From Histomonas meleagridis 2922-C6/04-290x (Eukaryota; Protista; Parabasalia), in NCBI GenBank assembly GCA_020184695.1, contig JAANOX010000083.1, forward strand, positions 248,001-312,000: a stretch of 64,000 nt of DNA. The letters run 5' to 3'. Of this stretch, positions 11,328 to 20,222 are shown piece by piece (position 1 is the stretch's first letter; every line of letters begins with the position of its first letter). The position numbers and the translations under genes were made by a program. The notes under the pieces were generated by a model. That model saw nothing but the letters and a program-made list of their open reading frames with translations, ran no database searches and was not told where the DNA came from.

Positions 11328-11450
11328 TTGCGATTTCGAAGGCGGCGATGATGCGTTTATCTCCGTTCAAACCATCGTAACAACAGTTAAGCTCGGCTCG
11401 GGTGGCATGTAGAACGATAGCTATCATTGCCAATCAACGCCGCTACATTT
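11328..11450 (+). ncRNA. Box H/ACA snoRNA guiding LSU pseudouridines equivalent to yeast 25S psi2865 and psi2923
   Basis: Hairpin, H box ACAACA (11380-85), hairpin, ACA (11445-47) plus 3 nt. Pocket 1 TCGAAG/TCAAA is complementary to LSU UUUGA-U-N-CUUCGA. Pocket 2 GGGTG/CAATC is complementary to GAUUG-U-U-CACCC. The 3' guides start 13 and 14 nt before the boxes. Confidence 0.9.
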
Positions 11451-11844
11451 ATTAATTTATCTCAAATTTTTTCAACAAAATGATTACTCAATAAGTATAG
11501 CTTTTGTAACATTGTCAATGGGTTTATGAATTAAACCCTTTTTGTGAATATCTAATTCTTAATTTATTGACATTTTTTCAATAATTTTTTATTTATTTAA
11601 TTAACCTAGCTTTGTTAACCTGAGAGGAAAATCTACTCAGTGTTTACCTGGTTGATTTTGTATTTCGCTTTTTTATTTCAAATTTTGAAATTGATTATCG
11701 ATAATTCAAATCTTAATGAGAGTTTCTAGATTATGTTTAAAGAAACCTTTAAAGTAAGGTTACAATGCTGATTTTTAAACTTTGTAAAATTACATTATTG
11801 AAAATTCAAATCATTCAATATAATTTCGTTTTACTAATGTTTTT

Positions 11845-12246
11845 CTATTCTTCCTTCTTCTTTGTTTGACCGAGAAGAACTTTATGAATATGTGGAACAA
11901 CACCTGCAGATGCAATCGTAATATTAGAAAGAAGTTGATTTAATTCTTCATCATTACGAATTGCAAGCATAATGTGACGTGGTGAAATTCTTGTTTTTTT
12001 ATTATCTCTTGCTGCATTTCCTGCAAGTTCAAGAACTTCAACTGTAAGATATTCGAGAACTGCGGCCATGAAAACTGGAGCACCTGCACCAACACGGTCA
12101 CCATAACGACCTTCACGAAGGAAACGATGAAGACGTCCAACTGGGAATTGAAGTCCTGCACGACTTGATCTTGTCTTTGGATGAGCACGTTCTCCATCAA
12201 CTGCTGTCTTTGTGGCTGTTTTCTTGACACCTTTCTTTGCTGGCAT
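11845..12246 (-). CDS. H2A: Histone H2A
   Basis: [53 protein letters not shown]; no C-terminal SQ motif. Confidence 0.98.
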   Translation of the reverse strand: MPAKKGVKKTATKTAVDGERAHPKTRSSRAGLQFPVGRLHRFLREGRYGDRVGAGAPVFMAAVLEYLTVEVLELAGNAARDNKKTRISPRHIMLAIRNDEELNQLLSNITIASAGVVPHIHKVLLGQTKKKEE

Positions 12247-12401
12247 AATGAAATTATGAAGTTATTTTTATCCCGCCATTATCCCTATTAAAGGCGCCAT
12301 TTTAATTTTAGAGCGTCTTAAAATATTGTTGGAGTAAAACGGCATTTCAGAAAAAATCCCAAAGTTAAAGCGCGGGCTAAAAATAGCTTCATTTTTTAGG
12401 A
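12247..12401. promoter_or_regulatory. 155-bp bidirectional H2A/H2B promoter
   Basis: Head-to-head ATGs. Inr-like TCATTTTT precedes H2B and TCATA/TCATT precedes H2A. GC-rich boxes CCCGCCATT, GGCGCCATTTT and AAAGCGCGGG. Confidence 0.75.
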
Positions 12402-12788
12402 ATGTCAACCAAGAAACCAGCCTCAAAGACTCCAACAGAAAAGAAGCCAGCTGTTGAAGGAGAAGCTCCAGCCGAAACTGAAAAGGAAAAGAAGCAACGT
12501 CATAAGAAGAGGAATGAATCTTTCTCATCTTACATCTTTAAGGTTCTCAAACAAGTTCATCCAGATATTGGTATTTCTAACAAGGCTATGTTGGTTATGA
12601 ATAACTTTGTTACAGATATCTTCGAACGTATTGCAAGAGAAGGTGCACGGCTTGTAGATATGAACGATCGTAACACACTAGGATCTCGTGAAATTCAAAC
12701 AGCAGTTCGTCTTGTTCTTCCAGGTGATCTTGCAAAACATGCTGTTTCCGAAGGTGGTAAAGCTGTAGCCAAGTTCAATGCAGAATAA
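12402..12788 (+). CDS. H2B: Histone H2B
   Basis: [49 protein letters not shown]. Confidence 0.98.
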   Translation: MSTKKPASKTPTEKKPAVEGEAPAETEKEKKQRHKKRNESFSSYIFKVLKQVHPDIGISNKAMLVMNNFVTDIFERIAREGARLVDMNDRNTLGSREIQTAVRLVLPGDLAKHAVSEGGKAVAKFNAE

Positions 12789-13607
12789 ATTTTTCAAATC
12801 GATAAATTTTTTTTAAAAAAAAAAGCTTTTTATCTCAAGAGGTGTTTTAGCAAACAGCAATTTTAAGGATTTTCGAAAATTTTGTGAAGTTTATTTTGAA
12901 GACATTCAAAAAAATACATAACGTCCATTCGCTGCTGAAGCCTGATTCCATTACCCAAAGGCTTTAAAAGGCATTTTTCTTCAGCAAAACTAAACCGTCA
13001 AGCGTCTTGTGTCTAATGTGAACACCTGACTTTGCTACAAAGACTTCTTCAATATTTTTTATGTTCCCACAACAAAAAAAGAAATTTTAACCAATTTACC
13101 TTATGCACATTCACTCCGATCATCTGTCAATCGTTGTATTTTGCTTTTGACTGATTTATTTAAACCTTATTTTTTCAAACTCAAATGTGGACTATTTTCC
13201 TTATATGTTCCATGTTTTGCTTGTCCTTGTGCCACTTTTGCATCACATGTAACACTTCTAGAATTTTATATGATAAATACACATATTTAAATGTTCCAAA
13301 AAACAAAAACCTGTCTTTTTTAGTATTCAAAGAACATAACCATCTCCATAGGGAAGTCATTCATTGTCTATATAATGATTTTTATATAATTTCTTCCAAA
13401 TATTTGTATATATCAAATAATTTTTATTACTTTAATATAAATTCTCCTCACTTTTCATCGTCATGTTATTACTTTGATTCTCCAGTTCATAGTTTTTTAT
13501 ATTCTTTCAAGTTAAATATTTTATCAAACAATTCATATTTACTGCATCATCCAAAAGTGAAATTAGGAACTAAATCCATCATTAAATACTTTTTCGTAAT
13601 AATTTGT

Positions 13608-15040
13608 ATGTTGCTTTTATTTTTGTATTTTATAAGAATAAAAATTTTTAGATATAAAAACTCAAATTTCCAATTTTCTTCATTTGTTTTTGTTTTGTTT
13701 TCTTTATCAACATCTCAGTATGTACCTGAAAATGCAACGCTTTTAATATATAACGAAAATGATTTCGCAAATGATTATTTCAATTCAACTGTTAATGTGA
13801 TCATCGGCGGTACTGTAAGTTCAATTACATCAGGAGAATTTTCTGAATGGCCGCTTCTAACATATGCAAGCATTGGCGACTCAGTTACATCAATTGGAGG
13901 TTCTGTTTTTTCATTATGCTCTAATTTGGAATCTGTTATCATTGGCGAAAATGTAAAAGAAATTGGTGATTCTGCATTTTCAAATTGCATAAAAATATTA
14001 AGTATCAAAATTCCTGATTCAGTTGTATCAATTGGAGGTTCTGTTTTTTCATTATGCTCTAATTTGGAAACTGTTATCATTGGCGAAAATGTAAAAGAAA
14101 TTGGTGATTCTGCATTTTCAAATTGCACAAAATTATTAAGTATCAAAATTCCTGATTCAGTTGTATCAATTGGAGGTTCTGTTTTTTCATTATGCTCTAA
14201 TTTGGAATCTGTTATCATTGGTGAAAATGTAAAAGAAATTGGTGATTCTGCATTTTCATATTGCACAAAGTTAAAGTGTATTTATTATTATGGAACAAAA
14301 GAACCAAATACTGGAGAAAATGTATTTTATAATGTTTCAACAGCTGTTATGGTATTAAGTGATTACAATGAAAATACATTCGGAAAATTAGATGTCGTCA
14401 TAGAAGTAGTTGAAGGATGTCCGCCAATGATTACGTATACATTTTCACAATCGAATACATTTACCTGGTCGAACACATTTCATAAAACAAATACATTCAC
14501 AGCTTCAAACACAACATATACGTCAAACACTTGCAGAGTTTCATCTCCAATTTTAATTACATTTTCGAATTCTTTTATTTTAACACGTTCAATTTTGTTT
14601 ACACAAACATTAACGATTTATTATTCAATATTAACGAACTCATATACAATATCTTTTGTTGATTCAACACTTGCATATTTTCATACTCCATCCATTTATT
14701 ATGAGTACATTGTAATTTCGTATTCGACAATTTACTTTTATTATTCGAATTTTTATACACTTTTTTATTTGAGTGATTTACAACCGAATAATTCTAACAC
14801 AAAAATTATTATAACTGCTGTATGTGTGGTAGTTGTAGTGTTAATTCTAATTGCTTGTTGGTTGTATTGTTGATGCGTTTGAGAAACAAGAAAAAAATTG
14901 AAATGGAACAAGAATCAATTAGCAATCAGGACAATGCACCTGAAGTTAACACAGTTGCTAACTGTTCAACAATGTCAGGTATCAAAGATGATCCATTTGC
15001 AGATGATTTTAAGGAAGAAAAGTTTATAAATCAAATATAA
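13608..15040 (+). CDS. BspA-like (TpLRR) type I surface protein; one frameshift inside the transmembrane segment
   Basis: TpLRR repeats (IPDSVVSIGGSVFSLCSNL), an S/T-F-T stalk and a hydrophobic segment. Adding one T at 14855-56 fuses ORF 13185..14873 to 14822..15040, giving ...LILIALLVVLLMRLRNKKK...DDPFADDFKEEKF. The start codon is uncertain (ATG 13608 chosen). Confidence 0.8.
13880..14275 (+). repeat. About 3 x 138-bp near-identical coding tandem repeat (two LRRs per unit)
   Basis: Unit starts at 13885, 14023 and 14161. Confidence 0.9.
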
Positions 15041-15305
15041 TAATTATGTGCTTAATTTAGTAAAATATAAATTCATAAATTTTCTTCTAATTATATTTGT
15101 AAGTAGCGTATACGCTTCCGTTAGACAAAATATTCAAAATAGTGATATCTGTTCCAATTTCTCATGGATGTAAATTAAGTTATAAATCGTTTTGAGTTCA
15201 TCATGAAAAAGCACGATAAATTTCAATTGAAATTTGATGTTGTTTTTGATGTTCAGATTAAAAAAAAATATTTCATATTTTAATTCATGAAAAAAAATTC
15301 ATTTT

Positions 15306-16988
15306 TTAGTGCATTCCAGGTAATCCTCCCATTTGAGGCATTGGCATTCCGCCTCTTCCACGAGCAGCGTTTTGTTGTTGACCTGGCATTCCAGTATCGA
15401 ATGTTGTTTCATGTTCAGGGATTGATACTGTTTCATCTACTGAAAGGATTGTGCAAGCAGCTTCTGTAGCAGCCTTGAAAGCGTTCATTTTCACTACCAA
15501 TGGTTCCCAGATGAAATTCTTTACGGCGTCTATTACGTCACCTTTTTCGATATCGACTCCCATCCAAATTCCAGATTCTTCTTTCGTATGAGCCGATCTT
15601 AATTTATTTAATATTTCGAAGGAATCGAAACCAGCGTTATTAGCCAAAGCTCTTGGGATACTTTCAAGTGCGTTAGCGTACGCCTGAATGATTAATTGAC
15701 TTTTTCCGTCCATCTTCATTGCCTTTTCATTTAATGTCTTAGATAAAGTCATTTCAACTGCTCCTGCTCCACCAACGATTTTGCCTGCTTTCTTAGCTCT
15801 TCTAACTATCATAATAGCGTCATGAATACTACGTTCAGCTTCTTCCAAAAATTGTTTTGCGCCACCACGTAATACTATTGTAGATGATTTGCCTTTACAG
15901 CCAGTAAATACATTGAATCGCTTCTTTCCGACTTGGCGCTCTTCAAATACTTTACATGTACCAAGTGATTCCTCTTTGATGTCTGTCGTAGTCGATAGTA
16001 TTATGCCGCCAGTAGCTTTAGCCGTACGGTTCATATCTTCTTCCGGAACTCGACCAGCGCAAAAGATTCCGTGGTCAGCGAAGAACTGTGTTGCAATATC
16101 TCCGATTGGTTTACGACTTAATACAACTTTAGCACCGCTCTTAAGACAATTATTAAGTTTATCTTGAATGATCTTCCATTCGGCATCGACTATTTCTTGA
16201 TATTTCTTAGGATCTTCAACACGTACTTCGGAATCTGATGATGCGCCTTGTAATTCTAATTCCACATTTAATAATAAGATCTTTGGATCTTCAAAATGTT
16301 TTGGCTGTTGATCAAAACCTGCATAAAAGAATGTGCGCTTGAATGCAACGCCGGGGACAAAGAATGAGTCTTCAATGCCACCGCCTTTGACCATCTTAAC
16401 TCCTAAATCTTCAATGCGGAGATTGTCGTCAAGGTTTTCGACAGCTTCGACGATCATTTTAGCGAAGAATTCGCGTTTGTCGCTGACTAATTTTGATCTA
16501 AGAGTTGTTGCTGCACAACTTTCTAAGATTGAACGCTCACTTGCGTTAATTGACACTGCTATTTCGTTAAGCCTTTGAATTACGGTGTTAAGAGCGCTAC
16601 GATAGCAGCGGCAAATGAATTGTGGATGTACTCCATCTTCTAAATATGGTCGTGCTGCATCTAAAAGTGCACAACTTAATACTACGACTGATGTTGTACC
16701 ATCTCCAATTTCTTCATCCTGTGATTTAGCGACTTCGACAAGAAGTTGTGCAGCAGGATGAACGATATCTAACTCGCGCATAACAGTGGCGCCATCGTTG
16801 GTAACAATAGCGCGTTTATCACCGTTATGGATGAGTTTGTCCATACCTCTGGGACCTAATGTTGATGATAAGATTTCGCCGATTGCATGACATGCGTTGA
16901 TGTTTGAGATAAGTTGACCAAGTCCTTGTGATTGGTCTGTGCCTTCTCTTAAAAGAATAATTGGAGGGCGTAAGAATTGGGACTTCAT
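15306..16988 (-). CDS. CCT7: T-complex protein 1 subunit eta
   Basis: PPIILLREGTDQSQG, STLGPRGMDKL, EIGDGTTSVV, FKRTFFYAGFDQQPK. The ORF track starts at 17030; ATG 16988 is preferred because an M3 motif (17013-20) and Inr-like CACTTTT precede it. Confidence 0.9.
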   Translation of the reverse strand: MKSQFLRPPIILLREGTDQSQGLGQLISNINACHAIGEILSSTLGPRGMDKLIHNGDKRAIVTNDGATVMRELDIVHPAAQLLVEVAKSQDEEIGDGTTSVVVLSCALLDAARPYLEDGVHPQFICRCYRSALNTVIQRLNEIAVSINASERSILESCAATTLRSKLVSDKREFFAKMIVEAVENLDDNLRIEDLGVKMVKGGGIEDSFFVPGVAFKRTFFYAGFDQQPKHFEDPKILLLNVELELQGASSDSEVRVEDPKKYQEIVDAEWKIIQDKLNNCLKSGAKVVLSRKPIGDIATQFFADHGIFCAGRVPEEDMNRTAKATGGIILSTTTDIKEESLGTCKVFEERQVGKKRFNVFTGCKGKSSTIVLRGGAKQFLEEAERSIHDAIMIVRRAKKAGKIVGGAGAVEMTLSKTLNEKAMKMDGKSQLIIQAYANALESIPRALANNAGFDSFEILNKLRSAHTKEESGIWMGVDIEKGDVIDAVKNFIWEPLVVKMNAFKAATEAACTILSVDETVSIPEHETTFDTGMPGQQQNAARGRGGMPMPQMGGLPGMH

Positions 16989-17101
16989 ACCAAAAGTGGC
17001 CAGACAATCAACAAACGGTTTTGTGGACATTACGTAACATACATTCTATCGGCGCGTAAACCACTGAAATAAAAGCAGGAAAAGAAACGTTTAATAAAAA
17101 T

Positions 17102-17665
17102 TCATTTTGGTTCGATCGAAGAAAATAAATATTCATACGCAGCTGAAAGATCATTGGTTGGATCCGGTTGCTCAAACACTGTGATGAGGTCTTTGTGCGG
17201 CTGATTGAAAAACGGATTTTTCATAAGATTGTAAAAGGTGACGAACAATGGATCTGTTGAACTGACTTCGGGAAGGACATCGGTTGGCGGTTTTGTTTCA
17301 TTTGATTTTGAAGATGAATCATCAAATGGATTAAAGTCAGGAGAAAAGGAAAATGAAAACTGACTGTCGTTGGTGGCATCTGTAAATGTAAAATCACTTG
17401 GAAAGGTAAACGCTTCATCATCAGTTTGAGTTTTTGATTCTTCTTCAGATTCTTTGAACGTAATTCCTTCTGTGGTTGCTTTTTCATCTCTTGGTGGAGG
17501 ACTTTGGAAATCTGTTGGAAATGTAAAATTAGATTCTTTTTCATCAGAATCTTTGGTTTTTTCTTGATTTATGTCTTCTTCAGTTTCATGATTTTCTTCA
17601 GCTTTTGTTGTATCCTCTTTTTCTTCTTTATTCTCGATTTGAACTTCGTTTTCTTCTTCGCTCAT
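17102..17665 (-). CDS. Acidic low-complexity hypothetical protein with FxF motifs
   Basis: 187-aa ORF with an ATG and an upstream AACGTT motif; contains FTFP, FTF and FSFSF motifs. Confidence 0.7.
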   Translation of the reverse strand: MSEEENEVQIENKEEKEDTTKAEENHETEEDINQEKTKDSDEKESNFTFPTDFQSPPPRDEKATTEGITFKESEEESKTQTDDEAFTFPSDFTFTDATNDSQFSFSFSPDFNPFDDSSSKSNETKPPTDVLPEVSSTDPLFVTFYNLMKNPFFNQPHKDLITVFEQPDPTNDLSAAYEYLFSSIEPK

Positions 17666-18220
17666 TTACCTTAACGTTCTCTAAAAATCAAAAAACAAAA
17701 ATTATCTTTATAATGCTCTTTATTACGTAATAAGAAGTATTAAGAATCTTAATAAACTACGAATTAAAATGACATAGGCAACTGATTATGTTTTTGATGG
17801 GAAAACATTCATTGTTATCAATATTTTATTATACATATTTTATAATTTTTGGAAATATTGGTTTACTACCAAAGACGTACTTTAAAATTCTTCATTTTAG
17901 ATTCGGAAACAGTATAACCCATATAATCTATTTTTAAATCGTCAAAAATTTGATGGTACGTTCCTAAGGATTATTTATGAATTTATTACAATTAAATTTT
18001 TATGTATATATTACTGATGATATTTTTTTCATTTCAATCTTCGATATCTTCGTGAAAATCCGATATTTTTTTGTTTTTGCACCGATAATCGTTTGCATGT
18101 TGCGGTTTTTTATCGGACCAATTCTGTGGCATAATCGGCTAATTTGTGTGCGTTTGACGATTGGATTTTGACTTTATGAAAAAATAATTGAAAAAACAGG
18201 TTGAATGGCGGTCAGATCCG

Positions 18221-18574
18221 ATGAACAACAACAAGAAGAAAGTGAAGAACCATCAGAACGAATTCGAAAAAATACGAAATGAACAAAGGCTACGATCGTT
18301 TGATGAAAAAAACTCCAAAGCGTTGAATTTTTTGCAAAAACAATATGGCCCGAGATTAAATCAACAAGAACTTCTCAGCCTTGCACACGTGTTATCAGAA
18401 AGATTAAAGATTCATCTTGACAGAGAGGCTGTTAGAAGAAAAAAGGTTCTAATTAAATGGTATGACGAAAATTTCAGTCAAATCGAGCCATTTATAATTT
18501 CAAAGGTGCTTGTTGTCGATGAAAATGGTTATCCAGTAGGTCATGATCCTCGAAACGATTATAAAAGCACTTAA
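18221..18574 (+). CDS. Small basic hypothetical protein (LDRE-x3-RKKVLIKWY-x-EN family)
   Basis: ORF 18188..18574, first ATG at 18221; a decayed paralogue lies at 27515-27911. Confidence 0.7.
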   Translation: MNNNKKKVKNHQNEFEKIRNEQRLRSFDEKNSKALNFLQKQYGPRLNQQELLSLAHVLSERLKIHLDREAVRRKKVLIKWYDENFSQIEPFIISKVLVVDENGYPVGHDPRNDYKST

Positions 18575-18827
18575 GCGAAACTTATATTCTGATAATAATT
18601 TATAGAAAGTTCATACAAAACAGAGACATACAAATATATAATTGTTATCATTGGGTATAAATTGTTGAAACATCAAATATTAATTTGCGATCAAATAAAA
18701 ATTCATACGTATGAAACGTTTTTTTATATTTTTCCAACAAATTTTGACACAAATATTCATGTTCAAATATTTTGTCATATTTTGTTTCATTCAATTTGAC
18801 ATTGGATGGAAAAATTCCGAATATTGA

Positions 18828-19802
18828 ATGACTGATATAGAGAGATCAATTTCTCCAAACGGATTTCCAGATGGCTACAAATTTGAGCAGACTTTATCTG
18901 ATATAGTAATCTCTTTTCCAGTTCCGGAAAATTCAACGTTGGATTCAATCGAATTTAACATTGATCAAGAAAATAATACGATTTATGCTTCAATGCAAGA
19001 CCAAGAATACCCTTCTGTTTGCGGAGTATTATACAAATCAATTCAAACTGAAAAACATGAAATCACAAATTCTCACTTTCAAATAACACTCCAAAAGACA
19101 GAACCAGAAATCTGGCCTCTCCTAATCAAGAACGAATCACTTCATGGAATAGATCCAAAATCTGTTTTTATTTTAGGAATTTATAATGATAGTAAAGGAC
19201 TTCCTAGAGAAGCTTTTGGAATGTTTAAAGCAAGCGCGAATATGGGATATTTCATCGCCCAAGTTTTGGTTGCCGATACATATTTAAATGAAGATAATCC
19301 ATATGATATTAAAAAAGATATCCCACAAGCTATCAAAATACTGGAGTCAATTCCACCAGAAAAGCTTTCACCGGATGTTGCCATTAAACTTGCGAATGCA
19401 TACTTAAGTGCTGACCGAAGAATAGATGCAATCACAACTTTTAGGCAAATTGCACAAAATTCGCTTGAAGCTCGCTTATCTTTAGCAAAGCTTCTATCGC
19501 CAATTGCAAGCCCAGGGTGTGGTAACGATGCAGAAGAAGCTGTTTCTCATCTTCAAATCCTTGCTAACGAAAATATTGTTGAAGCAATGAATCTTTTGGC
19601 ACAACACTATGCGAAGGGGTGTGGTGTAAAGAAAAACATGAAAGAGGCAAAGGCTCTTGCTCAAAAGATCAAAGAGATCGACCCAAGAGCGCCAGAGCCA
19701 ATTCAATCATCGGGAACGGTTACGACCGTTATTGCGGCGGTTTCAACGGCTGCAATCCTTTTTGGGGTTGGGTTTTTGTTGAAAAGAAGATACTACAAAT
19801 AA
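18828..19802 (+). CDS. CS/Hsp20-like plus Sel1/TPR tail-anchored protein, Tom36/Tom46-like hydrogenosomal outer-membrane receptor candidate
   Basis: CS-domain motifs (YKFEQTLSDIVISFPV; FQITLQKTEPEIWPLLI), Sel1-like repeats (AMNLLAQHYAKGCGVKKNMKEA), and a C-terminal TM followed by KRRYYK. Confidence 0.65.
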   Translation: MTDIERSISPNGFPDGYKFEQTLSDIVISFPVPENSTLDSIEFNIDQENNTIYASMQDQEYPSVCGVLYKSIQTEKHEITNSHFQITLQKTEPEIWPLLIKNESLHGIDPKSVFILGIYNDSKGLPREAFGMFKASANMGYFIAQVLVADTYLNEDNPYDIKKDIPQAIKILESIPPEKLSPDVAIKLANAYLSADRRIDAITTFRQIAQNSLEARLSLAKLLSPIASPGCGNDAEEAVSHLQILANENIVEAMNLLAQHYAKGCGVKKNMKEAKALAQKIKEIDPRAPEPIQSSGTVTTVIAAVSTAAILFGVGFLLKRRYYK

Positions 19803-19862
19803 AACTAATGCATTTGTTCACCTGATTTCATTTGTGAATTTTTTATGTTGTGTTTTGTTCTT

Positions 19863-19929
19863 ATGATGATGATTTAGTTACAGTTTTTCTCTGACGATAG
19901 GCGCTTTCATGTCTATTTAGGGTGTCTGA
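19863..19929 (+). ncRNA. Candidate box C/D snoRNA (weak)
   Basis: ATGATGA 19863-69, CTGA 19891-94, CTGA 19926-29. No clear C' box, terminal stem or recognised target. Confidence 0.25.
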
Positions 19930-20222
19930 TATTTTGACCGTAAAATTCCAAATTTGATTAACGTGCATCAGCTGTTTTATTCTATCCGTATTCAAAAAGC
20001 TGTGTCTGTTGAACAGCAGGAAAATTTTTGCCAAGAGAATTTCTGTACATATGTACGGGTGTGCAAACCCCCCCCCCCCCCAAAATGCATTTGTCACCTT
20101 CCTGTCGCTTTGACGACGATCAATTGTCTATTATTCTTCACTTTTTGAGTAGTTTACTTGGAAATTGAATGATTTTTGAGAGTTTTTGTTGTAAAATAAC
20201 TGAACATTTTGAATAAAAGTAA

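Noticed and set aside
11224-11433. 69-aa minus-strand ORF
   Set aside because: It starts at TTG and overlaps the H/ACA snoRNA antisense; the GC content is explained by the RNA.
10991-11450. 5S rRNA, SRP RNA, U3/U4/U5 or RNase P/MRP identity for the GC-rich islands
   Set aside because: Only short coincidental words (AGTTAAGC, GGAA loop, GAAAGT) are present; the diagnostic conserved elements are missing and H/ACA explains 11328-11450.
12900-13100. Minus-strand LKPLGNGI resembling the QPLD motif of pogo-type transposases
   Set aside because: Too short and interrupted, with no TIRs or other motifs.
13185-13607. N-terminal 141 codons of the BspA ORF
   Set aside because: AT-rich F/Y/I/N-biased sequence typical of non-coding DNA that is open by chance.
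15105-15116. Perfect 12-bp palindrome AGCGTATACGCT
   Set aside because: Isolated, with no other supporting structure.
17037-17042. GTATGT type-A 5' splice site upstream of CCT7
   Set aside because: No ACTAAC..CAG branch/3' motif follows.
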